The notes under the pieces were generated by a model that was given only the letters and a program-made list of their open reading frames with translations, made no database searches and was not told the DNA's origin. Both the position numbers and the translations under genes were made by a program. DNA of 31,902 nt from an uncultured bacterium. Its GTDB lineage: Bacteria; Hydrothermota; Tepidihabitantia; Tepidihabitantales; Tepidihabitantaceae. Shown piece after piece: positions 23,753-31,902 of this stretch; within the stretch, counting starts at the first letter, position 1, and every line of letters starts with the position of its first letter. The stretch is taken from positions 1 to 31,902 of the forward strand of contig CAZSUX010000002.1 in assembly GCA_964610135.1 (NCBI GenBank), written 5' to 3'.

Positions 23753-24211
23753 ATGCCGGAAACTGCTGCGGCCGAGAAGGCAGTCGGCGGCGAATTCGAA
23801 CCCAAGATCGTGGCTTTTCTCTGCAACTGGTGTTCGTATGCCGGCGCCGACCTTGCCGGCATATCGCGCATCCAGTACCCGCCCAGCATCCGGGTCATTC
23901 GCGTTCCGTGCTCCGGTCGGGTTGACCCCTTCTATATCCTCAAGGCGCTGCAGAACGGCGCGGATGGCGTGCTCATCTCCGGCTGCCATCCCGGCGACTG
24001 CCACTACCTGACCGGAAACTATGTCGCCCGGCGCCGGTTCGCAGTCCTCAACGACCTGCTGGAGTTCGCCGGCATCGACCAGGGCCGGGTTAGCTTCTCC
24101 TGGGTTTCTGCTGCCGAAGGTGAACGGTTCGCGGAGGTCGTGCGCGACGTCACCGAGAAGGTCCGCCAACTCGGGCCGAACAAGAAGCTGCTGAGGGAGC
24201 CAATCGCGTGA
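23753..24211 (+). CDS. flxD: MvhD-like subunit of the Flx module
   Basis: FLCNWCSYAGAD, RVPCSG, GCHPGDCHY; first in the flxD-C-B-A order. SD GGAG 8 nt before ATG 23753 (alternative start 23738). Confidence 0.88.
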   Translation: MPETAAAEKAVGGEFEPKIVAFLCNWCSYAGADLAGISRIQYPPSIRVIRVPCSGRVDPFYILKALQNGADGVLISGCHPGDCHYLTGNYVARRRFAVLNDLLEFAGIDQGRVSFSWVSAAEGERFAEVVRDVTEKVRQLGPNKKLLREPIA

Positions 24212-25047
24212 GCCGCGAAGACCAACTCCGCAAGCGGGCCACGGAGTTGCTGGCGGGCAAGGAAGTCGTGATGGTTCTCGGCTATCGTGCGGGCAAGCGT
24301 CCCGGCACGGCCACACCCGCATTCGTCACCCGGCCGGAAGACGTCGATACGCTCATCTTCGACGACCGCTGCGGCCCCAACCTCGCCGCCTACCTTCCGC
24401 GCGTCAAGCACCGGGGCAAGATTGCCATCGTTGCCAAAGGCTGTGATTCGCGCTCAATCGTCTCCCTGCTCAAGGAGAAACAGGTTGACCGCGGGCAACT
24501 AGTGATTCTCGGAGTCGGCTGTGAAGGCGTGAAAGAGAACGGCCGCCTCAGCGATTCCTGCACGACCTGCGCTCACCCGAACCCGGTAATCTGCGACGAG
24601 ATGATAGGGGAGAAGGTGGCCGAGCGCGAGCCCGCTCCCAACCCGCTGGCCGACTTTGAGAAGCTCTCGCCGGACCAGCGCTGGCAGGCATTGATGGACG
24701 ACGTCTCGCGCTGCATCCGCTGCTATGCCTGCCGCCAGGTCTGCCCGAACTGCTATTGCCCTACCTGCTTTGTCGACGCCAACAGCCCGCAGTGGGTCGG
24801 CAAGACCACAGCCGGTTCGGACAACATGATGTTCCATCTGATGCGGGCGATGCACATGGCCGGTCGCTGCGTGGAGTGCGGTTCCTGCAGTCGCGGGTGC
24901 CCGATGGGTATCGACCTGATGAAGTTCAACCGTAAGGTGGCACATGTCGTGAAGGAGCGGTTCGGCGCTGTCGCGGGGTTGAATCCCGACGAACCACCGG
25001 CGCTTGCTGCCTTCGACCCGAACGACAAACAGGAGTTCATACGCTGA
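24208..25047 (+). CDS. flxC: 4Fe-4S dicluster protein FlxC
   Basis: KGCDSRS, CIRCYACRQVCPNCYCPTCF, FHLMRAMHMAGRCVECGSCSRGCP; gene order. Confidence 0.82.
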   Translation: MSREDQLRKRATELLAGKEVVMVLGYRAGKRPGTATPAFVTRPEDVDTLIFDDRCGPNLAAYLPRVKHRGKIAIVAKGCDSRSIVSLLKEKQVDRGQLVILGVGCEGVKENGRLSDSCTTCAHPNPVICDEMIGEKVAEREPAPNPLADFEKLSPDQRWQALMDDVSRCIRCYACRQVCPNCYCPTCFVDANSPQWVGKTTAGSDNMMFHLMRAMHMAGRCVECGSCSRGCPMGIDLMKFNRKVAHVVKERFGAVAGLNPDEPPALAAFDPNDKQEFIR

Positions 25048-25048
25048 C

Positions 25049-25116
25049 CATTGTAGATTGCGGATTGCAGATGGCAGATGGCAGAGTTCGGCGGCCGGCG
25101 TCTGGCGTTTGGAGCT
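25049..25116. repeat. Heptamer arrays filling the flxC-flxB intergenic gap
   Basis: CATTGTA GATTGCG GATTGCA GATGGCA GATGGCA (25049-25083), then CGGCGTC TGGCGTT TGGAGCT (25096-25116), which are only weakly complementary to the first array. Confidence 0.7.
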
Positions 25117-25120
25117 ACCC

Positions 25121-26140
25121 ATGACCCAACGCATCGTGACCGCCGCCGACCTCGACAGACTCGTGGCCGGCTGGACCAAGAGTGCCGTGGTCTACGCCCC
25201 GGTCAAGGTCAAAGACTGGACCGAGTTCCGCCGGGTTTCGTCATTGGCCGAAGCCGACTTCACCCAGGTGAACACCAAACTTTCCGCCCGGGGTCTTCTG
25301 TTCCCGCAGTGCGAGACCATGTTCCGGTTTGAGACAAGCCGGCCGGACAAGGCGGAGGAAGCCGACCAGCCTGAGGCGCAGGTCATCCTTGGCGTCCGTC
25401 CCTGCGACGCCGCGGGTATCGCCGTGCTCGACAAGTTCTTTGCCGGCCAGGGTGAGACCGATACCTTCTACCGGCGACGCCGTGAGAAGACGACGCTGGT
25501 TGGCCTAGCCTGCTCCGCTCCGGCCGACACCTGCTTCTGCTCTGCGGTCGGCGGCTCGCCGGCCGGAACGCGCGGGCTCGACCTCCTGCTCACCGACCTT
25601 GGCGGCCGTTACCTGGCCGAGCCGCTTACCGACAACGGCGAGGCGGCAGTGAAGGACTTGCCTGAGGCCGCTTCTGCCGACCTCGCGAAGAAGAAGGAAA
25701 TCGCTGACAAAGCCGCCGCTGCCATGGCCCAGCGCATCGATACCGGCAAGCTCAAGCAGTTGCTTGACTCGGCCGACAGCCATCCGGTGTGGGAAGACCT
25801 CAGTCTCGCCTGCGTCAATTGCGGTGCCTGCACCTTCGTCTGTCCCACCTGCCACTGCTTCGACATCACGGACGAGACGCGCAAAGGCAAAGGCGCCCGC
25901 CTTCGTGTCTGGGACACCTGCCAGTTCTGTCTCTACTCGCAGCACGCCTCCGGCCATAACCCGCGCCAGACCCATGTCTCTCGTTTCCGCAACCGGGCGA
26001 TGGACAAGTTCAAGTACACTGTCGATATGATTGGCGAAGTCTCGTGCGTCGGCTGCGGACGATGCGTTCGCGAGTGCCCGGAATCTATCGACATTCGCGA
26101 GACAGTCGAGACACTGATGACCGTGCTGCCGGAGAAATAG
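25121..26140 (+). CDS. flxB: AsrA/sulfhydrogenase-beta-like 4Fe-4S protein FlxB
   Basis: GVRPCDAAG, CFC...GGSP, CVNCGACTFVCPTCHCF, RVWDTC, CVGCGRCVRECP. Start ATG 25121. Confidence 0.85.
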   Translation: MTQRIVTAADLDRLVAGWTKSAVVYAPVKVKDWTEFRRVSSLAEADFTQVNTKLSARGLLFPQCETMFRFETSRPDKAEEADQPEAQVILGVRPCDAAGIAVLDKFFAGQGETDTFYRRRREKTTLVGLACSAPADTCFCSAVGGSPAGTRGLDLLLTDLGGRYLAEPLTDNGEAAVKDLPEAASADLAKKKEIADKAAAAMAQRIDTGKLKQLLDSADSHPVWEDLSLACVNCGACTFVCPTCHCFDITDETRKGKGARLRVWDTCQFCLYSQHASGHNPRQTHVSRFRNRAMDKFKYTVDMIGEVSCVGCGRCVRECPESIDIRETVETLMTVLPEK

Positions 26141-26983
26141 ATGGCGCGAAATCCATACGAGCCGATTTCAGTCAGAGTTGAGAAGGTCACCGTCGAGAAC
26201 GAGGCAAAGGACCTCAAGACCTTCGACCTTGCATTCACTGATCCCGAAGCGCGCAAGGCGTTCGACTTCACTCCCGGCCAGTTCGGGTTCCTCTCAATGA
26301 TGGGCGTTGGCGAGGCGCCGTTCGGCATCGCCTCGGCCCCATCCGAGGAACTGGTCAAGTACACGGTCAAGCGTGTCGGCAGCTTTACGACTTCGCTCCA
26401 CGAACTTGAGCCGGGCGCGGCCATCGGTATGCGCGGCCCCTGGGGTAACTCCTACCCGTTCGACCGGATGAAGGGGAAGGACATCGTCATCGTCTCCGGC
26501 GGCTTCTCGTTCACGACGCTGCGCTCGACCATTGTCTACCTCCTCGACCCAGCCCGCCGGTCCCAGTTCGGCAAGGTCACCGTGGTCTACGGTGCCCGTT
26601 CAGCGGGTGAGTTGCTCTACAAGGACGAGATCAAAGCGTGGGAGCTGAGTCCGGACCTTGCCCTGCATCTCTGCGTGGACCGGCTCGCCGGCGCATCCTG
26701 GCCCAAGACCGAAGGCCTTGTTCCGAACGTGCTCCAGCAGGTCGCGCCGTCGGCTGCGAATGCGGTTGCGCTCGTCTGCGGCCCGCCCGTCATGATTCGC
26801 TTCACCCATCCGGTTCTGGAGAAGCTCGGGTTCAAGCCTGAAGACGTTTTCCTTTCGCTTGAGAATCGAATGAAGTGCGGCATCGGCAAGTGCGGCCACT
26901 GCAACATCGGTCCCAAGTACGTCTGCAAAGACGGACCGGTTTTCAGCTACCAGGAGCTGCTCCGACTCCCGCCGGAGTACTAG
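26141..26983 (+). CDS. flxA: FAD/NAD(P)-binding oxidoreductase FlxA (AsrB / hydrogenase-gamma-like)
   Basis: FTPGQF, GEAPFGIAS, RGPWGN, SGGFS, YGARS, VCGPPVM, MKCGIGKCGHC...VCKDGPVF ([2Fe-2S]). Confidence 0.88.
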   Translation: MARNPYEPISVRVEKVTVENEAKDLKTFDLAFTDPEARKAFDFTPGQFGFLSMMGVGEAPFGIASAPSEELVKYTVKRVGSFTTSLHELEPGAAIGMRGPWGNSYPFDRMKGKDIVIVSGGFSFTTLRSTIVYLLDPARRSQFGKVTVVYGARSAGELLYKDEIKAWELSPDLALHLCVDRLAGASWPKTEGLVPNVLQQVAPSAANAVALVCGPPVMIRFTHPVLEKLGFKPEDVFLSLENRMKCGIGKCGHCNIGPKYVCKDGPVFSYQELLRLPPEY

Positions 26984-26993
26984 CCCTCCTGCG

Positions 26994-27245
26994 ATGTTGA
27001 CCGGCGCGCACTGGACAACCGCAAGGCTCGGTGATTGTCATCCCGGTGACTGTTGCTACAAGCGCATCGAGGTGCTTCGGGCGCTGATGAAGCAGCTCGG
27101 GGTCGAGGAGGCCCGGCTGCGCCTCGAGTGGATTCCGGTGGCCGAGGGCGTGGAGTTCGCCCGGGTCGTGCGCGACTACACCGAAGAGATACGGAAGCTG
27201 GGCCCGCTCGAGCTGAGGCGGGTCGCGATCGAGGACGAGACCTAG
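26994..27245 (+). pseudogene. mvhD: Truncated, degenerate mvhD relic
   Basis: Only the C-terminal half remains: DCHPGDCCYKRIEVL...RLRLEWIPVAEGVEFA. The FxCNWC and RVxCSG ligand segments are absent, and about 8 codons (GNYKAR region) are missing relative to the two intact paralogs. Confidence 0.75.
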
Positions 27246-27261
27246 GACGCATGGAGGTAAT

Positions 27262-28239
27262 GTGGCCGAGAAGCTGAAGTTCGGATTCTACTGGGCCGCC
27301 TCCTGCGGCGGCTGCGAAATCGCGGTGCTCGACACCAACGAGAAGATCCTCGACGTGGTGGCGGGCGCCGACATCCTGTTCTGGCCGGTGGCGATGGACA
27401 CCAAGTACGACGACGTCCGGGCGATGCCGGACGGGCACATGGACGTTTGCTTCTTCAACGGGTCGATCCGGAACTCTGAAGCGAAGGAGATCGCGCACCT
27501 GCTGCGCAGGAAGTCGAAGGTGCTCGTGGCGTTCGGCTCCTGCGCCCACCACGGGTGCATCCCGGGTCTCGCCAACCTGCACAATCGGGAAGAGGTGTTC
27601 GCCACCGTCTACCACAATGAGCCGGCGCTCGACGACTCGGCCGGGACCGAGCCGCAGACGAAGTTCCAGGCGCCGGAGGGTGAACTCACGCTGCCGAAGT
27701 TCTTCAACCACGTCTACCCGCTCGACCAGGTGGTCGACGTCGACTACTACCTGCCGGGCTGCCCGCCGCCGGTGCCGCTCATCCTCAACGCGGTGACCGC
27801 CATCTTCAAGGGCGAGCTGCCGCCCAAGGGCACGGTGCTCGCCCCGGTCAAGGCGCTGTGCGACGACTGCGTGCGCAACAAGCACGAGGCGAAGAAGATG
27901 CCGGACGTGAAGCGGACCTGGGAAATCAAGGCCGACCCGGAGAAGTGCTTCCTCGAGCAGGGCATCATTTGCATGGGCCCGGTGACGCGCTCGGGCTGCG
28001 AGACGCGGTGCATCAACGGCAATTCGCCGTGCACCGGGTGCATGGGTCCTACGCCCGAGGTTACGGACCAGGGCGCCAAGATGATATCGGCGCTCGGCTC
28101 GATCCTGGCGGTCGATGGCGAGAAGGAACTGGGTGACGAGGCGACGCAGGAACTGATGGCCAAGATCAAAGACCCGGTCGGTACCTTCTACATGTACGGC
28201 CTGGCGAGCGCAATCATCAAACACAAGCGAGGCAAGTAA
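27262..28239 (+). CDS. mvhG: [NiFe]-hydrogenase small subunit, group 3c
   Basis: ASCGGCE, GSCAHHGCIPGL, YLPGCPP, CDDC, CFLEQGIICMGPVTRSGC...C...PCTGCMG. Confidence 0.92.
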   Translation: MAEKLKFGFYWAASCGGCEIAVLDTNEKILDVVAGADILFWPVAMDTKYDDVRAMPDGHMDVCFFNGSIRNSEAKEIAHLLRRKSKVLVAFGSCAHHGCIPGLANLHNREEVFATVYHNEPALDDSAGTEPQTKFQAPEGELTLPKFFNHVYPLDQVVDVDYYLPGCPPPVPLILNAVTAIFKGELPPKGTVLAPVKALCDDCVRNKHEAKKMPDVKRTWEIKADPEKCFLEQGIICMGPVTRSGCETRCINGNSPCTGCMGPTPEVTDQGAKMISALGSILAVDGEKELGDEATQELMAKIKDPVGTFYMYGLASAIIKHKRGK

Positions 28240-29702
28240 TGGCGAACCGCATCACGATTGACCCGATCACGCGCCTCGAAGGCCACGGCAAGATCGAGAT
28301 ATTCCTCAACGACAAAGGCGAGGTCGAAAACGCCTACCTGCAGGTCCCGGAGCTGCGCGGGTTCGAGCAGTTTTGCGTCGGGCGCAAGGCAGAGGACATG
28401 CCTCAGCTTACGAGCCGGATCTGCGGGGTGTGCCCGGTCGCGCACCACTTCGCCGCAACCAAGGCGCTCGACGCGGCGTTCGGGGTCGAACCAACCGAGA
28501 CTGCGCGCAAGCTTCGCGAGTTGTTATACCACGGCTACATCATCTACGACCACATCCTGCACTTCTACTTCCTGGGCGGCCCGGACTTCGTGGTGGGGCC
28601 GGACGCGCCCAAGGAGAAGCGCAACATCCTCGGCGTCATTGAGAAGGTCGGGCTCGACATCGCGAAAGAAGTCATCAAGCACCGGGCCTACGGCCAGAAG
28701 ATCTCCGAGATCCTCGGCGGCAAGCCGACCCACCCCGTGTCCGGGATTCCCGGCGGCCAGACCAAGGGGCTGAACGAAGAGGAGCGCAAGAGCATCGAGG
28801 AGATGGCGACTTCGTGCGTCGGCTTCGCCGAGTTTTCGCTCAAGCTGTTCGCCGACGTCGTGCTCAAGAACGAGGCCTACATGGGCCTCGTGACGAACCC
28901 GAACCTCGGGCTCGACACCTACAACATGGGGCTGGTCGACGCGAACAACCGCGTGAACTTCTACGACGGCAACGTCCGGGTGACCGGCCAGGACGACAAG
29001 GAGTTCGTCAAGTTTGCGCAGCACGAGTACCTCGACCACATCCGCGAGCACGTACTCGAGTGGTCCTACGTCAAGGTCCCGTACCTCAAGGCGGTCGGCT
29101 ACAAGGGCCTCGTCGACGGCAAGGACTCGGGCATCTACCGGGTCGGCCCGCTCGGGCGCCTCAACGCGGCCGAGGGCATGGCGACGCCGAAGGCGAACGA
29201 GCACTACCAGCAGATGTTCGATACCTTCAAGACCCGGCCGGTGAACGCGACGCTCGCGTTCCACTGGGCGCGGCTGATCGAACTGCTCTACGCCAGCGAG
29301 TACGCGCTCGAACTGTCCAAGGACCCGCAGATCACCGACCCGGACATCCGGAACATGGACTACAACATGCAGGAAGAGGGCATCGGCATCGTCGAGGCGG
29401 CGCGGGGTACGCTTATCCACCACTACTGGGTGGACGAAGAGCGGCTGATGAAGAAGGTGAACCTGATCGTCGCGACGACCAACAACATGGGGCCGATCTG
29501 CATGTCGGTCCGGAACGCGGCGAAGGAGCTTATCCACGACGGCAAGGCGGACGACGGATTGCTGAACACGGTCGAGATGTTCTTCCGGGCCTATGACCCG
29601 TGCTTCGCCTGCGCGAGCCATGTGGTGGGACAGGTGCCGCTCGAGGTGAACATCCGCAACGCGGACGGCTCGCTGCACGAGCGGCTGTCGAACCACGGCT
29701 AG
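28239..29702 (+). CDS. mvhA: [NiFe]-hydrogenase large subunit, group 3c (Cys form, with a cleavable C-terminal tail)
   Basis: TRLEGH, L1 RICGVCPVAH, L2 RAYDPCFACASH followed by a C-terminal extension. Confidence 0.93.
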   Translation: MANRITIDPITRLEGHGKIEIFLNDKGEVENAYLQVPELRGFEQFCVGRKAEDMPQLTSRICGVCPVAHHFAATKALDAAFGVEPTETARKLRELLYHGYIIYDHILHFYFLGGPDFVVGPDAPKEKRNILGVIEKVGLDIAKEVIKHRAYGQKISEILGGKPTHPVSGIPGGQTKGLNEEERKSIEEMATSCVGFAEFSLKLFADVVLKNEAYMGLVTNPNLGLDTYNMGLVDANNRVNFYDGNVRVTGQDDKEFVKFAQHEYLDHIREHVLEWSYVKVPYLKAVGYKGLVDGKDSGIYRVGPLGRLNAAEGMATPKANEHYQQMFDTFKTRPVNATLAFHWARLIELLYASEYALELSKDPQITDPDIRNMDYNMQEEGIGIVEAARGTLIHHYWVDEERLMKKVNLIVATTNNMGPICMSVRNAAKELIHDGKADDGLLNTVEMFFRAYDPCFACASHVVGQVPLEVNIRNADGSLHERLSNHG

Positions 29703-29749
29703 CCCGCCGCCAAGGTAATCCTGCTCGACTAGCAGTACCTCAGACTCTT

Positions 29750-29785
29750 GCCGCCCCGGCCTTAGGGCCGGGGCGGCTGCTTTCT
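29750..29785 (+). terminator. Terminator hairpin ending the redox operon
   Basis: Perfect 12-bp stem GCCGCCCCGGCC-TTAG-GGCCGGGGCGGC followed by TGCTTTCT (weak U tract). Confidence 0.7.
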
Positions 29786-29817
29786 GACCTCGCAGCGAGG
29801 GTCTGCCCCTGCGTTCT

Positions 29818-29857
29818 TGTCACCGTACGGTGACAGCGTGTAACCGTACGGTTACAC
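29818..29857. promoter_or_regulatory. Two perfect palindromes in tandem (operator-like)
   Basis: TGTCACCGTACGGTGACA (29818-29835) and GTGTAACCGTACGGTTACAC (29838-29857); centres 21 bp apart. Confidence 0.6.
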
Positions 29858-29911
29858 TTTCGGCGGCCCGATTTGCCTAAGTTTCGCATTCTCAACCCGT
29901 GAATCTCTGGC

Positions 29912-31586
29912 ATGAACGGTGCGTTCGGCGAGCCGATGATAGCGGCTGCCATGTTGCCCGGTCAGTACAACGTGACGCCCGATGGCGAACAACAGCCAAT
30001 CCCGGTGCATCACGGCTGTGCGCGTGGCGCGGCAACGGCCACAATGTCGCACCCGGTGAAGTGGGCTGCTGACAAGAGGTTGTTTACTCACCTCGTCCGT
30101 CTGACGCAGACACGTGAATAGCGGTGGAAAGACAGGGCGCTCACAAGCCACGCATTCTCGTTCAGATATGGTCGCATGTGTGGCGAACGGCCGGTGGCAC
30201 GAGAGGTGTGGGACAAAGCGGCGCTGTGGGTAGTCGGGGCCGACACCGAAGACCCCGATTATGGACCGGACGGGACCCTGTGGCGGTACGATACCATCTT
30301 CGGGTGGGATGATTTCGAGATCAACGACGACACTTCCGACGAAGATTTCGAGTTCTTCCTCGATAGCGGTGCCTGCATTACCTACGCGCCGAACCTGGGG
30401 TACAGCGCAGTGAATCAGGTTGACGGCTACATATACTGCCTGCCCGGCCTTAGCAAGGAATCCTGGCGCTTCTCGATTGAGCCCGATGCGGACATCGTGC
30501 CCTCGGGCATCTTCCCGCCGAATGGCTCGACCATCGCGGACAAGACGCCGCTGTTCCAGTGGACCGGCGGGGCGGCTGTGTATCGGCTGCAGGTCTCGAT
30601 CGATCCGAGCTTCAGCATGGGCTCGTGCGTGATAGACGAGATCGTCTCTGGGACGGAATACCAGACCCCTGGCAAACTCGCCAACACTCTGTACTACTGG
30701 CGCACCGGCACTCCCGGGGGCGGCGGCAACTGGAACTTCGCCGATCCGCTCAGCTTCACGGAAGACGGCGAGTGGAAGAAGCTCGACAAGATCGACGAAA
30801 AAGTCTACGCAGGTGCGGCAATGGCGTATTACGCGGGGCATCCGGTATACCAGGACGCTAAACCACGCGTTTACGCGGCAACGGGCGGCAACGACCCAGG
30901 GAATGGCTTCTTTAGCATCGCCCTCCATAAGGATTCCAATTGGGTCGAGGAGCCGGTTCTCCCTGACCAAAGGTGCGCGTGGCCCGGTACGTCTCTGACC
31001 TCCAGTCCAACCGGAGGCGTTGGGTGGTGTTTGGTGGCCGTGTTCGGTGGATCTCAGCAGTACACCGGCCAGCAATATGGCTACGAGCCCGGGGGCCAAG
31101 GCCGAGGATGGTTCAGGTACAGCGACTCAGTGGTTGACCCGCTACCGCAGTACATCGGCCCCGGTGGTACATGTGTCCTGGGCCCGAGTCCCTGGACGTA
31201 CTTAGTAACCGGCGCGAAGATGTATCCTTACGAGGAAACCCTACTACTTCTACGCAATAGACCCCAAGTACAAGAAAGCCAAGAAGCCCAAGGAAGGTTC
31301 GCAGGCTGGTGATGTTCATACCGGAAGCCTGCGGGCGCAGGTCATCGCCTCACACGACGGTATAGAGGTCGAGTATCAGTTGCCTGCCGCCGCTTGCGTG
31401 CGCGCGACCTTGCACGACGCGGTCGGAAGGCGGCTTGGTGTGCTCGATGTCGGTAGCCAGCAGCCCGGCACTCACCGGCTGAGCTGGACTCAGGACCGCG
31501 GAGGTCGAAATCTCGCCTCTGGGGCCTACTTCGTGCTCCTTGACATGGGCGTGGAGAAGGCTACGCTGAAGGCGATCATTCGCTAG
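29912..31586 (+). pseudogene. Frameshifted gene for a secreted protein with FN3-like and C-terminal T9SS/FlgD-type sorting domains
   Basis: Coding signal is split over frames: 29912-~30075; then VVYSPRPSDADT*IAVERQG (TGA at 30115); then 30176-~31235; then KPYYFYAIDP...YQLPAAACVRATLHDAVGRRLGVL...LASGAYFVLL...IIR* ending at 31586. Confidence 0.65.
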
Positions 31587-31596
31587 GTCCGCTATT

Positions 31597-31624
31597 CGGA
31601 GGGGCGGACATTTCCGCCCCTCCG
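31597..31624 (+). terminator. GC-rich hairpin (possible terminator or processing stem; no U tract)
   Basis: CGGAGGGGCGGA-CATT-TCCGCCCCTCCG, 12-bp perfect stem. Confidence 0.5.
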
Positions 31625-31640
31625 GGCTTGGAGCACTACG

Positions 31641-31902
31641 ATGATTACAGTGAGGCTTCTTCTTCTCCTTCTCCTGTCCTCTGCCACGATGGCCCTTGCT
31701 TCCTTCGGGCCGAACGTCCGCATCGACCACAAGTTGCCCAGTCACAGTTGCGTCAATCCTGCGATTACCGTCGGCCCGGGCGCGCCTTCGAGTCAACCAA
31801 TATACGTCGCGTTCGAGGACGACTCGATGATGGGTATCTTCTGTGTACATTCCGATGTCATGTTCCAGAGGTCAACCGATGGGGGCAGGACCTGGCTGCC
31901 CA
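31641..31902 (+). CDS. Secreted Asp-box (BNR)/sialidase-like repeat protein, 3'-truncated by window edge
   Basis: GGAG SD then MITVRLLLLLLLSSATMALA signal peptide; FGPNVRID...IYVAFED...DVMFQRSTDGGRTW (SxDxGxTW Asp box). Confidence 0.75.
   Translation, partial: MITVRLLLLLLLSSATMALASFGPNVRIDHKLPSHSCVNPAITVGPGAPSSQPIYVAFEDDSMMGIFCVHSDVMFQRSTDGGRTWLP

Noticed and set aside
11187-25116. CRISPR array interpretation of the repeats
   Set aside because: Units are 7-8 nt, contiguous, without unique 30-40 nt spacers; no cas genes.
17786-29702. Selenocysteine recoding in MvhD, HdrA or MvhA
   Set aside because: All ligand positions are Cys codons (GDCHY, DPCFAC) and the ORFs are uninterrupted. The TGA at 30115 is in a multiply broken gene with no redox motif.
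1-31902. rRNA, tRNA or transposase genes
   Set aside because: No cloverleaf, rRNA-like or DDE/tyrosine/serine recombinase motifs recognised.

Overview
GC-rich bacterial window with three parts. The lineage is probably candidate phylum WOR-3 or an FCB relative; this is inferred only from the T9SS/FlgD-type C-terminal domain and Asp-box secreted proteins at the right end. (1) 1-9.9 kb, housekeeping and envelope genes: partial SDR, VTT/DedA protein, exported rhodanese, secreted Ig-like protein, valS, degenerate MotB/OmpA protein, DUF5683-like protein, degenerate class II GATase-like protein and pilT. Several have near-consensus sigma70 promoters only 6-12 nt before the start codon, suggesting leaderless mRNAs. 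(2) 9936-29702, one ~19.8 kb same-strand redox operon: hdrC-hdrB-hdrA, hdrL (HdrA with a GltD/NfnB-like insert), mvhD, flxC/fdhB-like, tandem hdrC with CxxHxxC motifs, four-helix-bundle gene, third hdrA, flxD-flxC-flxB-flxA, a broken mvhD relic, then mvhG-mvhA (group 3c [NiFe] hydrogenase). (3) A frameshifted secreted-protein pseudogene and the start of an Asp-box protein. The most unusual signal is a family of short 7-mer and 8-mer repeat arrays, often in inverted pairs, at eight loci inside the operon. One pair encloses the four-helix-bundle (23S rRNA-IVS/Avd-like) gene; the others are 'empty' hairpins or half-sites at gene starts or translated into protein loops. Also notable: two perfect tandem palindromes at 29818-29857 and an unexplained 12-bp-periodic tract at 1268-1531.
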